From Chamaesiphon sp. VAR_4_metabat_408 (GTDB taxonomy: Bacteria; Cyanobacteriota; Cyanobacteriia; Cyanobacteriales; Chamaesiphonaceae): a stretch of DNA of 24,000 nucleotides. This document shows positions 1-9,021 of the stretch, piece by piece; position 1 is the first letter of the stretch, and each line of letters opens with the position of its first letter. The translations under genes were made by a program, and so were the position numbers. The notes beneath the pieces were generated by a model that made no database searches, had not been told where the DNA came from, and saw only the letters and a program-made list of their open reading frames with translations. Where the stretch lies: the NCBI GenBank assembly GCA_031422115.1, contig JANOPX010000103.1:53222-77221 (forward strand), given 5' to 3'.

Positions 1-970
1 CCGTAGTTTCACCGCCATATATTAAGAGAGTATTGGGCGGGTGAGTAATAATTTCTCGCGCAATTTCAGCACCTCTCACCCGCGCTTCTCCATCTAGTTC
101 GGTAGTAATAATTCGGGCATCATAACCCATCTCTCTCGCAACTTTCGCCACGGCTTCACAAGCTTGACGATTGTTGCCGACTAATATATTCTCGGCAGCA
201 GGATGATTAGTTAATCCTGAGGCGATCGCCCAAATTGGATCGCCAATGACATCTGATAAAATCAATCCAACTACTTTGCCTTTCCCCACCCGTTCGACAA
301 AACCACCTCCTTTCAACCCGTCGATCTTCGATCGCACCGCATTAATTTTTCCGATCGACAATCCACTGCCTAATAGTGCCGTACCGATCGCTTGCAGTGC
401 TGTCAAAGAAATATTATCATCAGGATCCAGGGTGGTAAGATCGATCGAGTGGCTCCAGAGAGTATCCCGAATTAATGCCTGGGTTGCTTGAGTAATTTCT
501 ACAGTCGGTAGATTGGTTAATAATTCAGTCAAGGCACGCCAAGAACGGGGCGCAATCGCTAAAGCAGAAGCACCACCAGAAATACAAGCTAGCACCAAAG
601 TTCGATCGGTACAGTCTCCCAAAAATTGCCAGATCCGATCGCCAGCAGCTAAACTAAGTTCGTCGGGAACTGGATGTGCTGACTCGACAAGCTTCCAATT
701 AGTTGGAAAGTTGGCATCGCCTAAATGGGCGTATTTAGTAATGACTAATCCTTGAGAAATCCGACTACCAAGCAGTGTCTCGATCGATCGAGCCATCGGT
801 ACCGCACCTTTCCCTACAGCGACACAACGAATATCTCCATCGGTCAAATCGACGAGTCGATCGCCGATCGCTAGATTGTTGCCATTGAGTCGTAAGTGAT
901 GCTGAATCGCATCGTATGGATCCACTGCGGCGAGTACAGTCTTAATTAGTCGGTCGATTTTGGCATTCAT
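1..970 (-). CDS. Glycerate 2-kinase (GckA/TtuD-type, DUF4147/MOFRL family), N-terminal portion; 3' end outside window
   Basis: Minus-strand open frame from ATG at 970 to the window edge, absent from the ORF track because it has no stop in the window. Translation MNAKIDRLIKTVLAAVDPYDAIQHHLRL...VAVGKGAVPMARSIE...GLVITKYAHLGD...ESAHPVPDELSLAAGDRIWQFL...LACISGGASALAIAPRSW...AAENILVGNNRQACEAVAKVAREMGYDARIITTELDGEARVRGAEIAREI has GckA-family motifs. Confidence 0.85.
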   Translation of the reverse strand, partial: MNAKIDRLIKTVLAAVDPYDAIQHHLRLNGNNLAIGDRLVDLTDGDIRCVAVGKGAVPMARSIETLLGSRISQGLVITKYAHLGDANFPTNWKLVESAHPVPDELSLAAGDRIWQFLGDCTDRTLVLACISGGASALAIAPRSWRALTELLTNLPTVEITQATQALIRDTLWSHSIDLTTLDPDDNISLTALQAIGTALLGSGLSIGKINAVRSKIDGLKGGGFVERVGKGKVVGLILSDVIGDPIWAIASGLTNHPAAENILVGNNRQACEAVAKVAREMGYDARIITTELDGEARVRGAEIAREIITHPPNTLLIYGGETT

Positions 971-1125
971 TTTGCCCCAGCTACTCCCCATTAGCTTAAA
1001 TTAATGTTACCAACAACTTTAAATCGTTGCCTGATTTCCACAAATCCCAAACAGCCCTTACCAACCTCCCACTAGATAGAGCCAGCGCGTTATAATTCGT
1101 TACAGACGCACAAATAATCCTAGCT

Positions 1126-1446
1126 ATGACTAAACCCGTACTGAATAGTTTCTTTGTCGGTCGTGCCCTAGCTCAAGCTTTAAATGACAAGCTAGGTGAG
1201 ACTCTAACCTATAGTCTGAGCGAACTAGGTAAAATCAATGCCGAGCAGGGCGAGAAACTCAGACAATTTACCCAAGAAGTAATCGATCGCGCAGCAAGAG
1301 AGACTACCAATGCTGGTGGGAATACTACTACAGTCGCTGCTGATGGTGCACCTATCGACATCCAACAAACAGTTGACGAACTTCGCGCTGAAATCGCCAG
1401 ACTCAGAGCCGAAATCCAACAGCACCGCAACCAAACATCATCTTGA
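1126..1446 (+). CDS. Small conserved cyanobacterial protein of unknown function (106 aa)
   Basis: Intact ORF MTKPVLNSFFVGRALAQALNDKLGETLTYSLSELGKINAEQGEKLRQFTQEVIDRA..., with a coiled-coil-like C-terminus. Confidence 0.7.
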   Translation: MTKPVLNSFFVGRALAQALNDKLGETLTYSLSELGKINAEQGEKLRQFTQEVIDRAARETTNAGGNTTTVAADGAPIDIQQTVDELRAEIARLRAEIQQHRNQTSS

Positions 1447-1548
1447 CCGAGCTGACAGTTGTAACCGCATAGAACCAAAGTCTACGGAGTCAGCTCAACC
1501 CTCATACCCTCATACCCTCCCACCCTCCCACCCCCTACCTCCTCACCC

Positions 1549-3357
1549 GTGACTGCTATCTCCGACGCTTCCGCCCCGCCTAGTAGCGGTAGACTATCAT
1601 TACCACCTGCATCGGCTCTGACAGAATCGTCCGGGACTTCTATGCCCCAAACCCCGATCGATACTCTACCGAGTAATAGTAACCGCACCTATCGTTGGAA
1701 CCGAACTAACTATTCTCGGCGGCGGCGAAAATTGGATATTTGGTCTTTTTTCCTGACCTTTTTGAATAGCTCTTGGATCGATGGTAAGAAGTGGAGCTAT
1801 ATTAGCGGCTACACGGAAGCAAAACAGATCGCCAGACGGCGCAAACAAGCGATTTGGATCAGAGATACATTTTTGGAGTTGGGGCCGACTTTTATCAAGT
1901 TGGGGCAGCTATTTTCGACTCGTGCGGATCTATTTCCGGCGGAGTATGTTGAGGAATTGTCCAAGCTACAAGATCGGGTACCTGCGTTTGGGTACGATCG
2001 AGTGGAGGAGATTATCCAGCGCGATTTGGGCAAGACTATTCCCGAATTGTTTGCCAGTTTTGAACGGGTGCCTTTGGCTGCGGCGAGTTTGGGTCAGGTA
2101 CACCGAGCGACGCTGTATACTGGGGAAGAGGTCGTTGTGAAGGTACAGCGTCCGGGGTTACAGAAGTTATTTACGATCGATCTCGAAATCCTCCGAGGTA
2201 TTGCCAAGTACTTCCAAAATCATCCGAAATGGGGGGCACAAGGACGCGACTGGATCGGCATTTATGATGAGTGCTGTAAAATTCTGTGGGAAGAGACAGA
2301 CTATATTCTCGAAGGGCAAAACGCCGATACATTTCGCCGCAACTTTCGCTCGCAAAATTGGGTGATGGTACCCCGCGTCTATTGGCGATACTCATCCATC
2401 CGCACTTTGACGCTCCAATATCTTCCAGGCATTAAAATCAGTCACTACGAAGGATTAGAAGCGGCTGGACTCGATCGCCAAACCATCGCCCGTCAAAGTG
2501 CTACCGCCTACCTCCAACAATTACTCACCGATGGTTTCTTCCATGCCGATCCTCATCCAGGCAATGTCGCCATCGACCCCACCACTGGAGCCTTAATCTT
2601 CTATGACTTTGGGATGATGGGCACAATTGCACCAGGCACCAAAGAGAAATTGATGGACACACTCTTAGCAGTAGCTGGAAAAAATGCCGATCGAGTCGTC
2701 CGTGGCTTAGTCGCTCTCGGTGCAGTATCGGAAACCGCCGACCCCGATCCGATTCGCCGATCGATCCAGTACCTACTAGACAACTTCCTCGATCGACCCA
2801 TAGAAGCTCAATCGATCGCCCAAATCAGCGACGACCTCTACGACATCGCCTACGGTCAACCCTTCCGCTTTCCCGCTACCTTTACCTTCGTCATGCGGGC
2901 ATTTTCCACCATCGAAGGAGTCGGCAAAGGACTCGATCCTGATTTCAACTTCATGACAGCAGCCCAACCCTTCGCCCTCCAAATTATGACCAACGGCAAC
3001 ACGAACGACGCGAATGGCTTCCTCGCCGAAATGGGCAGACAAGCCGCACAGGTGGGTACTTCCGCCCTCGGATTACCCCGTCGAATTGAAGATACCATCG
3101 ACAAATTAGAGCGCGGTGACTTGCGCGTGCGCGTAAAATCGAGTGAAACCGATCGCTACTTGCGTAGACTCGGAGCCATGCAGCAGACCACAAATTACGC
3201 CATATTGGTTGCTACATTCACATTGTCTGCTACGATGCTATTTGTCAATGAATATGCGGTCGCGGCTGGAGTAATAGGTGTTTTTGCTCTTATTGCTTTG
3301 GTTATCTGGTTTCGGCTGATGCGGAAACTCGATCGTCAGGATCGGATGTCATCCTAA
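1549..3357 (+). CDS. AarF/ABC1/UbiB family kinase-like protein
   Basis: 602 aa; LGPTFIKLGQLFSTRADLFPAEYVEELSKLQDRVP, FERVPLAAASLGQVHRA, VVVKVQRPG, DGFFHADPHPGNVAI and FYDFGMMG are ABC1-family motifs. The start codon at 1549 is GTG. Confidence 0.95.
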   Translation: MTAISDASAPPSSGRLSLPPASALTESSGTSMPQTPIDTLPSNSNRTYRWNRTNYSRRRRKLDIWSFFLTFLNSSWIDGKKWSYISGYTEAKQIARRRKQAIWIRDTFLELGPTFIKLGQLFSTRADLFPAEYVEELSKLQDRVPAFGYDRVEEIIQRDLGKTIPELFASFERVPLAAASLGQVHRATLYTGEEVVVKVQRPGLQKLFTIDLEILRGIAKYFQNHPKWGAQGRDWIGIYDECCKILWEETDYILEGQNADTFRRNFRSQNWVMVPRVYWRYSSIRTLTLQYLPGIKISHYEGLEAAGLDRQTIARQSATAYLQQLLTDGFFHADPHPGNVAIDPTTGALIFYDFGMMGTIAPGTKEKLMDTLLAVAGKNADRVVRGLVALGAVSETADPDPIRRSIQYLLDNFLDRPIEAQSIAQISDDLYDIAYGQPFRFPATFTFVMRAFSTIEGVGKGLDPDFNFMTAAQPFALQIMTNGNTNDANGFLAEMGRQAAQVGTSALGLPRRIEDTIDKLERGDLRVRVKSSETDRYLRRLGAMQQTTNYAILVATFTLSATMLFVNEYAVAAGVIGVFALIALVIWFRLMRKLDRQDRMSS

Positions 3358-3490
3358 CATCACGACTCGATCGTCCCGATTTGGGTTTGATCGGATAGTG
3401 AATCGGTATTCATTGTTGGCGTAACCTACCAGAGGTAATCGCTGACAACTATTAAAATTTTAGATCGTTAATCGGCACAGGCATTGGATT

Positions 3491-4213
3491 ATGAAATCTC
3501 TGTTCACTGGTCTTTCGGATAAGGGTATGGTACGGAGTGCCAACCAAGATGCGTATCATATCGATCCTGACGGACGATTTTTTATTGTAGCTGACGGTAT
3601 GGGCGGTCATGCAGGTGGCGAAGAAGCCAGCCGCATCGCCATCGAGACGACTCACACTTTTTTGTCCGAGCATTGGGAGACGGCAACCGATGTCGAAAAT
3701 TTGATGAAACAGGCTCTAATTGCCGCCAATGATGCAATCGTTGCCGACCAAGAACAAAACGCTGCTAGGGCTGATATGGGCACTACGGTGGTGATGATTT
3801 TATTCAAGGATGATGTGGCTTGGTCTGCTCATGTGGGTGACTCTAGGCTTTATCGGCTACGCGATAGCAAATTGGATCGCATCACCGAGGATGATACTTG
3901 GGTAGCTAGAGCGATGAAATTGGGTCAACTCACGGCCGAGGAAGCCAAGGTACATCCCCTCCGCCACGTACTATCCCACTGTTTGGGTCGTCGCGATCTA
4001 CGTCAAATCAATACTCAAACTCAAGATATCAAAAGTGGCGATCGCATCCTCCTCTGTAGCGATGGTCTAACAGAAGAAGTCCCCCACGATGAAATTGCCA
4101 GTCATCTCGTCGAAGCTGCATCTAATGAAGCAGCCGCCCAAGCTCTAGTAGATGCTGCCAAACAGCATGGTGGTAGCGACAATATCACCGTTATTATTGC
4201 GGCGATGGTCTAG
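3491..4213 (+). CDS. PP2C-family serine/threonine phosphatase (Stp1/PphA-like)
   Basis: 240 aa; [55 protein letters not shown] and [11 protein letters not shown] motifs. Confidence 0.93.
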   Translation: MKSLFTGLSDKGMVRSANQDAYHIDPDGRFFIVADGMGGHAGGEEASRIAIETTHTFLSEHWETATDVENLMKQALIAANDAIVADQEQNAARADMGTTVVMILFKDDVAWSAHVGDSRLYRLRDSKLDRITEDDTWVARAMKLGQLTAEEAKVHPLRHVLSHCLGRRDLRQINTQTQDIKSGDRILLCSDGLTEEVPHDEIASHLVEAASNEAAAQALVDAAKQHGGSDNITVIIAAMV

Positions 4214-4227
4214 ATATCGACGTTGAT

Positions 4228-4255
4228 TAAATAATAAGTAATAAGTAATAAGTAA
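4228..4255 (+). repeat. Short heptanucleotide tandem repeat (ATAAGTA)n
   Basis: aataataagtaataagtaataagtaag: about three consecutive 7-nt units just after the PP2C stop codon. Confidence 0.6.
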
Positions 4256-4264
4256 GTTTTTGAA

Positions 4265-4283
4265 ACAGGGATTCAATCCCTGT
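4265..4283. other. Perfect small palindrome / hairpin downstream of the PP2C gene
   Basis: ACAGGGATT-C-AATCCCTGT, 9-nt perfect inverted repeat. A weaker gactcc...ggaggtcttttttac structure follows at about 4294-4345 and ends in a T-run; it could be a terminator. Confidence 0.5.
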
Positions 4284-4973
4284 CTCAAAAGCGGACTCCT
4301 TTTCTCCCCATGGAGAGGCCATGCCAAAGATGGAGGTCTTTTTTACAATTATTAGTAGTATTTTCGCTAAGAATTCAAACTTACTGGCGATTCTCCCGGA
4401 GATCCGTCAAAGCCCAGCGAGATAAGCTGTCAAACATTTAAAACACTCTTTTTGCCCTCTACAACTCTTGTGGCAAGGGATTCAGTCAAAAGATTTAGAT
4501 GTAAAACAGCTTAATACCTCCATCATATTTATTTGTAACCGTTAGCTTGCCTGAATGAAGTGCCTCGATCGATTGAAACACATTTTTGCTACATTATTTC
4601 AGCCGAGCTATCCCACATCTAAATTGACGGCTGAAATGCTCTTTCCAAAGGGATCTCTATTTATAAAGAGTGCATTTTGCACATAGCACTCCGACGGAGT
4701 ATAACAACTAAGTTGAAAGTACGCTTTGTATAGAGTACCTCAAAGTCAGTGAATTCGTCAAGACTCTTGAGAATAGTCTCAGTTAGCGATCGCCGAAAAT
4801 CATGTAATTTTAACTTTTGTTAAAAAATGTAAAATTAGTTGTAGGCATGACGAGGGAATCTAGTCTGACAGATGTTCGGATTGAAGTTAGGGATGAGAGA
4901 ACGCACCGATCGCTACTCAGGAATATCTGTTAAAATTTGGGTTTGCCCTTGATGTGAACGATAGCTCGATCTT

Positions 4974-7820
4974 ATGACTTCAAATGACCGAGACACAATT
5001 AGGATTCGCGGTGCCAAACAACATAATCTCAAGAATATTAGTTTAGAGCTACCGCGCGATCGATTGATTGTATTTACGGGGGTGTCTGGTTCGGGGAAGT
5101 CTTCTCTAGCTTTTGATACGATTTTTGCGGAGGGTCAACGGCGATATGTGGAGTCGCTAAGTGCTTATGCGCGGCAATTCTTGGGACAGTTGGATAAGCC
5201 CGATGTGGATGCGATCGAAGGTCTGAGTCCAGCGATATCAATCGACCAAAAGTCTACTTCTAATAATCCTCGATCGACTGTGGGTACTGTTACGGAAATC
5301 TATGATTATTTTCGGTTATTATACGGTCGGGCGGGAGTGCCTCATTGTCCAGAGTGCGATCGATCGATCGCTCCACAAACGATCGATGAAATGAGCGATC
5401 GGATTCGCGCTTTGCCAGAGCGAACTAAGTTTCAAATTTTGGCACCGATCGTCAGGGGGAAAAAAGGTACTCACCAAAAAGCTTTATCTAGTCTTGCCTC
5501 GGAAGGGTTTGTCCGAGTGCGGGTGAATGGGGAAGTAAGAGAATTAGCCGATCGAATCGTGCTGGATAAGAATCAAACTCACACGATCGAAATTGTGGTC
5601 GATCGGTTGGTTAATAAGGAAGGGATTGAATCGCGGTTATCTGATTCTCTTACTACCTGTTTGCGTCATGCTGATGGGATTGCGACGATCGATATTTTGA
5701 CAGATGAAGGCGTAGAAGTTAATCCCGATTTACCGACAGAATTAGTATTTTCCGAAAAGTTTGCCTGTCCCGAACATGGCGCGGTGATGGAAGAACTGTC
5801 ACCCAGATTATTTTCCTTTAATTCGCCCTATGGAGCTTGTCCCACTTGTCATGGATTGGGAAGTGCGAAAACATTTGCGCCCGAATTAATCGTTCCCGAT
5901 CCAGATGCAGCAGTATATCACGCGATCGCACCTTGGTCTGACAAAGATAATTCCTATTATTTATCCCTCCTATATAGTTTAGGTCAATCGGCTGGATTTG
6001 CCTTAGATACACCTTGGAAAAAACTTACTCCCGAACAGGTAGCCCTAATTCTCTACGGTAGTGAAGAATTGATTTGGATGGAAGAATTGGACGACCATCG
6101 CCGCTTTAAAGGGGTGGTAAAAATTCTCGATCGGCAATATAGTGATGCCTCGGAAATTCAGAAGCAAAAACTCGAACAATATCTGATCGACCAACCCTGT
6201 AAAGTATGTTCCGGTTATCGACTCAAACCAGAAGCTCGATCGGTTAAATTGGGACAGTATCAGATCCTCGACTTTACCACCGTCGCGATCGATGAATGTC
6301 TCGATCGACTAGCCAAATTAACACTCACCGATAAACAAGCCAAAATCGGCGAATTAGTCCTCAAAGAAATCAAAGCGCGGCTCAAATTCTTACTCGACGT
6401 AGGCTTGGATTATCTCACCCTCGATCGCGCCGCCATGACCCTATCCGGCGGCGAAGCTCAACGAATTCGTCTCGCTACCCAAATCGGTTCCGGCTTAACC
6501 GGAGTACTATACGTCCTCGACGAACCCAGTATCGGACTCCATCAACGAGACAACGGGAGACTCCTCAAAACTCTCAACAAATTGCGCGACCTAGGAAATA
6601 CCCTAATAGTCGTCGAACATGATGAAGACACCATCCGCGCCGCCGACTATCTCGTCGATATCGGCCCAGGTGCGGGCGTACATGGCGGTGAAATTGTCGT
6701 CGAAGGAGATCTTGAAGCACTCCTCAACTCCGAAGCATCAATTACAGGCGCATACCTCTCAGGCAGAGTAGGCATCGAAACCCCAACCACCCGCCGCGAA
6801 GGAAACGGCAAAAATCTAACCCTCAAAAACGCCAGCCGTAATAACCTCAAAAATCTCGACGTAGAATTCCCCCTCGGTAAACTCGTCGCCATCACAGGCG
6901 TATCCGGCTCAGGGAAATCCACCCTAATTAACGAACTCCTTCACCCCGCCTTACAGCATCACCTCACCAAACGAGTACCATTCCCGAAAGACGTAGATGA
7001 ACTCAAAGGAATAAACGCGATCGATAAAGTCATTATCATCGATCAATCCCCCATCGGCCGCACCCCGCGATCGAACCCCGTCACCTACACAGGCGTATTC
7101 GACACCATCCGCGAAGTCTTCACCCAAACCATCGAAGCCAAAACACGCGGCTATAAAGCCGGACAATTTTCCTTCAACGTCAAAGGTGGACGTTGCGAAG
7201 CCTGTAGCGGACAAGGAGTCAACATCATCGAAATGAACTTCCTTCCCGATGTCTTCGTCCAATGCGATGTCTGTAAAGGCGAACGATACAACCGCGAAAC
7301 CCTCCAAGTCAAATATAAAGGCAAATCGATCGCCGATGTCCTCAATATGACCGTCGAAGAAGGCTTAGACTTCTTCCAAAACATCCCCCGCGCCGCCACC
7401 CGCCTCCAAACCCTCGTCGATGTCGGACTCGGCTACGTCAAACTCGGACAAACCGCACCCACCCTCTCCGGCGGTGAAGCCCAACGAGTCAAACTCGCCA
7501 CCGAACTCTCCAAACGCGCTACCGGAAAAACCCTCTATCTCATCGACGAACCCACCACCGGACTCTCATTCTACGATGTCCACAAGCTCCTAGACGTGCT
7601 CCAAAGACTAGTAGACAAGGGAAACTCCATTATCGTCATCGAACACAACCTAGACGTGATTCGCTGCTCCGACTGGACGATCGATCTCGGCCCAGAAGGT
7701 GGTAATAAGGGGGGAGAATTAGTAGCAATCGGGACACCAGAACAGGTGGCGAAGAATCCGGTTTCCCATACTGGGAAATATCTCAAACAGGTACTGAAAC
7801 AACATTCGCGACCAGACTAG
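4974..7820 (+). CDS. uvrA: Excinuclease ABC subunit A
   Basis: 948 aa; MTSNDRDTIRIRGAKQHNLKNISLELPRDRLIVFTGVSGSGKSSLAFDTIFAEGQRRYVESLSAYARQFLG, two Walker A motifs, two LSGGEAQR signatures, zinc-binding CxxC pairs; full length. Confidence 0.98.
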   Translation: MTSNDRDTIRIRGAKQHNLKNISLELPRDRLIVFTGVSGSGKSSLAFDTIFAEGQRRYVESLSAYARQFLGQLDKPDVDAIEGLSPAISIDQKSTSNNPRSTVGTVTEIYDYFRLLYGRAGVPHCPECDRSIAPQTIDEMSDRIRALPERTKFQILAPIVRGKKGTHQKALSSLASEGFVRVRVNGEVRELADRIVLDKNQTHTIEIVVDRLVNKEGIESRLSDSLTTCLRHADGIATIDILTDEGVEVNPDLPTELVFSEKFACPEHGAVMEELSPRLFSFNSPYGACPTCHGLGSAKTFAPELIVPDPDAAVYHAIAPWSDKDNSYYLSLLYSLGQSAGFALDTPWKKLTPEQVALILYGSEELIWMEELDDHRRFKGVVKILDRQYSDASEIQKQKLEQYLIDQPCKVCSGYRLKPEARSVKLGQYQILDFTTVAIDECLDRLAKLTLTDKQAKIGELVLKEIKARLKFLLDVGLDYLTLDRAAMTLSGGEAQRIRLATQIGSGLTGVLYVLDEPSIGLHQRDNGRLLKTLNKLRDLGNTLIVVEHDEDTIRAADYLVDIGPGAGVHGGEIVVEGDLEALLNSEASITGAYLSGRVGIETPTTRREGNGKNLTLKNASRNNLKNLDVEFPLGKLVAITGVSGSGKSTLINELLHPALQHHLTKRVPFPKDVDELKGINAIDKVIIIDQSPIGRTPRSNPVTYTGVFDTIREVFTQTIEAKTRGYKAGQFSFNVKGGRCEACSGQGVNIIEMNFLPDVFVQCDVCKGERYNRETLQVKYKGKSIADVLNMTVEEGLDFFQNIPRAATRLQTLVDVGLGYVKLGQTAPTLSGGEAQRVKLATELSKRATGKTLYLIDEPTTGLSFYDVHKLLDVLQRLVDKGNSIIVIEHNLDVIRCSDWTIDLGPEGGNKGGELVAIGTPEQVAKNPVSHTGKYLKQVLKQHSRPD

Positions 7821-7844
7821 CAGTGTCAATTCACTGCTAGTCTG
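7813..7844. other. 13-bp perfect stem-loop overlapping the uvrA stop codon
   Basis: CAGACTAGCAGTG (7813-7825) - TCAATT - CACTGCTAGTCTG (7832-7844). The uvrA TAG (7818-7820) lies within the left arm; no T-run follows. Confidence 0.75.
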
Positions 7845-7983
7845 AATGGATAAAGTCGAGCAAAGAAGAGATATAGTTTACGTAGGGGGTATTTAAACAG
7901 CAGAAATCTCGGATTATTAACCTTTTATAGTACTAATGATCTAAAATAGAGATGTATTCTAAGATGTTGCTGTTTATCGAGCT

Positions 7984-9021
7984 ATGGCAAGGGGGGATAT
8001 ATTACGAAAATTGTTTACCAGCTTCTCTGCTGATGAGAGAGAAGCATTTGTTTCTGCGGCTACAGAACTAATCGAAGAAGAAAAGAGCAAGAATCATACT
8101 TTACTGGCACACGATCTGGAGCGAATACTTCGTAGTGGTAACGGACAATCAAAAACGCTTCGTTTCAATCCTCAGCCTTGGAATGATTTTCCAGAACCAC
8201 CCAAAGACAGGGAAACTGGACTAGCACTACTTTCCGTCAAAAGATTCGATCTTACATGGGAGGAGATCGTCTTGAGTGATTCAGTCAGAAGTATCCTCGA
8301 TCGAGTTGTATTAGAAAATCGGAAACAGGAAATACTTGCGGCTTATGGATTAAAGCCCAAAAATAAATTACTATTTTGTGGCCCACCTGGGTGTGGCAAA
8401 ACACAGACAGCTAAAACACTTGCAAGTGTGATGAGTTTGCCACTCGTCAGTGTTAGTCTTACTGCAATGTTTTCCTCTTATTTGGGAGAAACTGCAACAA
8501 ATCTTCAAAAAATATTCGACTACATCAACGCAGGTGAATGGGTTGTACTGTTTGACGAGTTTGATGCAATCGCCCGCGATCGAAATACACCAAATGAACA
8601 TGGCGAAATTAAGCGGTTAGTTAATAGCTTACTCCAGTTGATAGATCTGTCAGAAAGTAGTAATCTATTTATTGCGGCTACAAACCATGAGAACCTTTTA
8701 GACACTGCTGTTTGGCGAAGATTTGATGAAATTATTTTATTTGAGCGACCCTCCATCGAGATCAGACAAAAATTACTAGGACATTACCTATCTACTATTC
8801 GTTATCGGGAAATAGATCTATTGGCATGTGCTAAACAGATTGAAATGGCAACTGGTGCCGATATTCAGCGGATATGCACAGAGGCTGTGAAATCTGTGAT
8901 TCTCAGAGGTGACAAGGAATTATCCGCAGATGATTTAGATGTTGCTATTGGGAAGTATATTAAGAGAGAGAGCATAGTACATAATTCCACGAAATCCGGC
9001 ATGAGCATTCAGGATGAATAA
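7984..9021 (+). CDS. ietA: AAA+ ATPase, IetA-like component of a protease/ATPase (IetAS-type) conflict/defence module
   Basis: 345 aa; Walker A LLFCGPPGCGKTQTAKTLA, Walker B WVVLFDEFDAIARDR, sensor-1-like LFIAATNHENLLDTAVWRRFD. Overlaps the downstream S8 protease gene by 8 nt. Confidence 0.78.
   Translation: MARGDILRKLFTSFSADEREAFVSAATELIEEEKSKNHTLLAHDLERILRSGNGQSKTLRFNPQPWNDFPEPPKDRETGLALLSVKRFDLTWEEIVLSDSVRSILDRVVLENRKQEILAAYGLKPKNKLLFCGPPGCGKTQTAKTLASVMSLPLVSVSLTAMFSSYLGETATNLQKIFDYINAGEWVVLFDEFDAIARDRNTPNEHGEIKRLVNSLLQLIDLSESSNLFIAATNHENLLDTAVWRRFDEIILFERPSIEIRQKLLGHYLSTIRYREIDLLACAKQIEMATGADIQRICTEAVKSVILRGDKELSADDLDVAIGKYIKRESIVHNSTKSGMSIQDE

Noticed and set aside
246-755. Plus-strand ORFs of 80-81 aa in the first kilobase
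   Set aside because: Antisense to the clearly recognisable glycerate 2-kinase frame; no protein-like features.
1500-1543. C-rich ccctcat/accctcc repeats just before the AarF-family gene as a regulatory element
   Set aside because: Only two or three short units; consistent with low-complexity intergenic DNA in cyanobacteria.
1209-3193. Minus-strand and alternative-frame ORFs overlapping the small conserved gene and the AarF-family gene
   Set aside because: Shadow ORFs of a well-supported coding strand.
4228-4350. CRISPR array or tRNA suggested by the palindromic, repeat-rich region
   Set aside because: No spacer-repeat periodicity and no cloverleaf; only a 7-nt tandem repeat and one or two hairpins.
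6951-7307. 118-aa minus-strand ORF inside uvrA and its relative at 18086-18316
   Set aside because: Both are antisense shadows of the same uvrA sequence, so their mutual similarity reflects the duplication rather than a real gene family.
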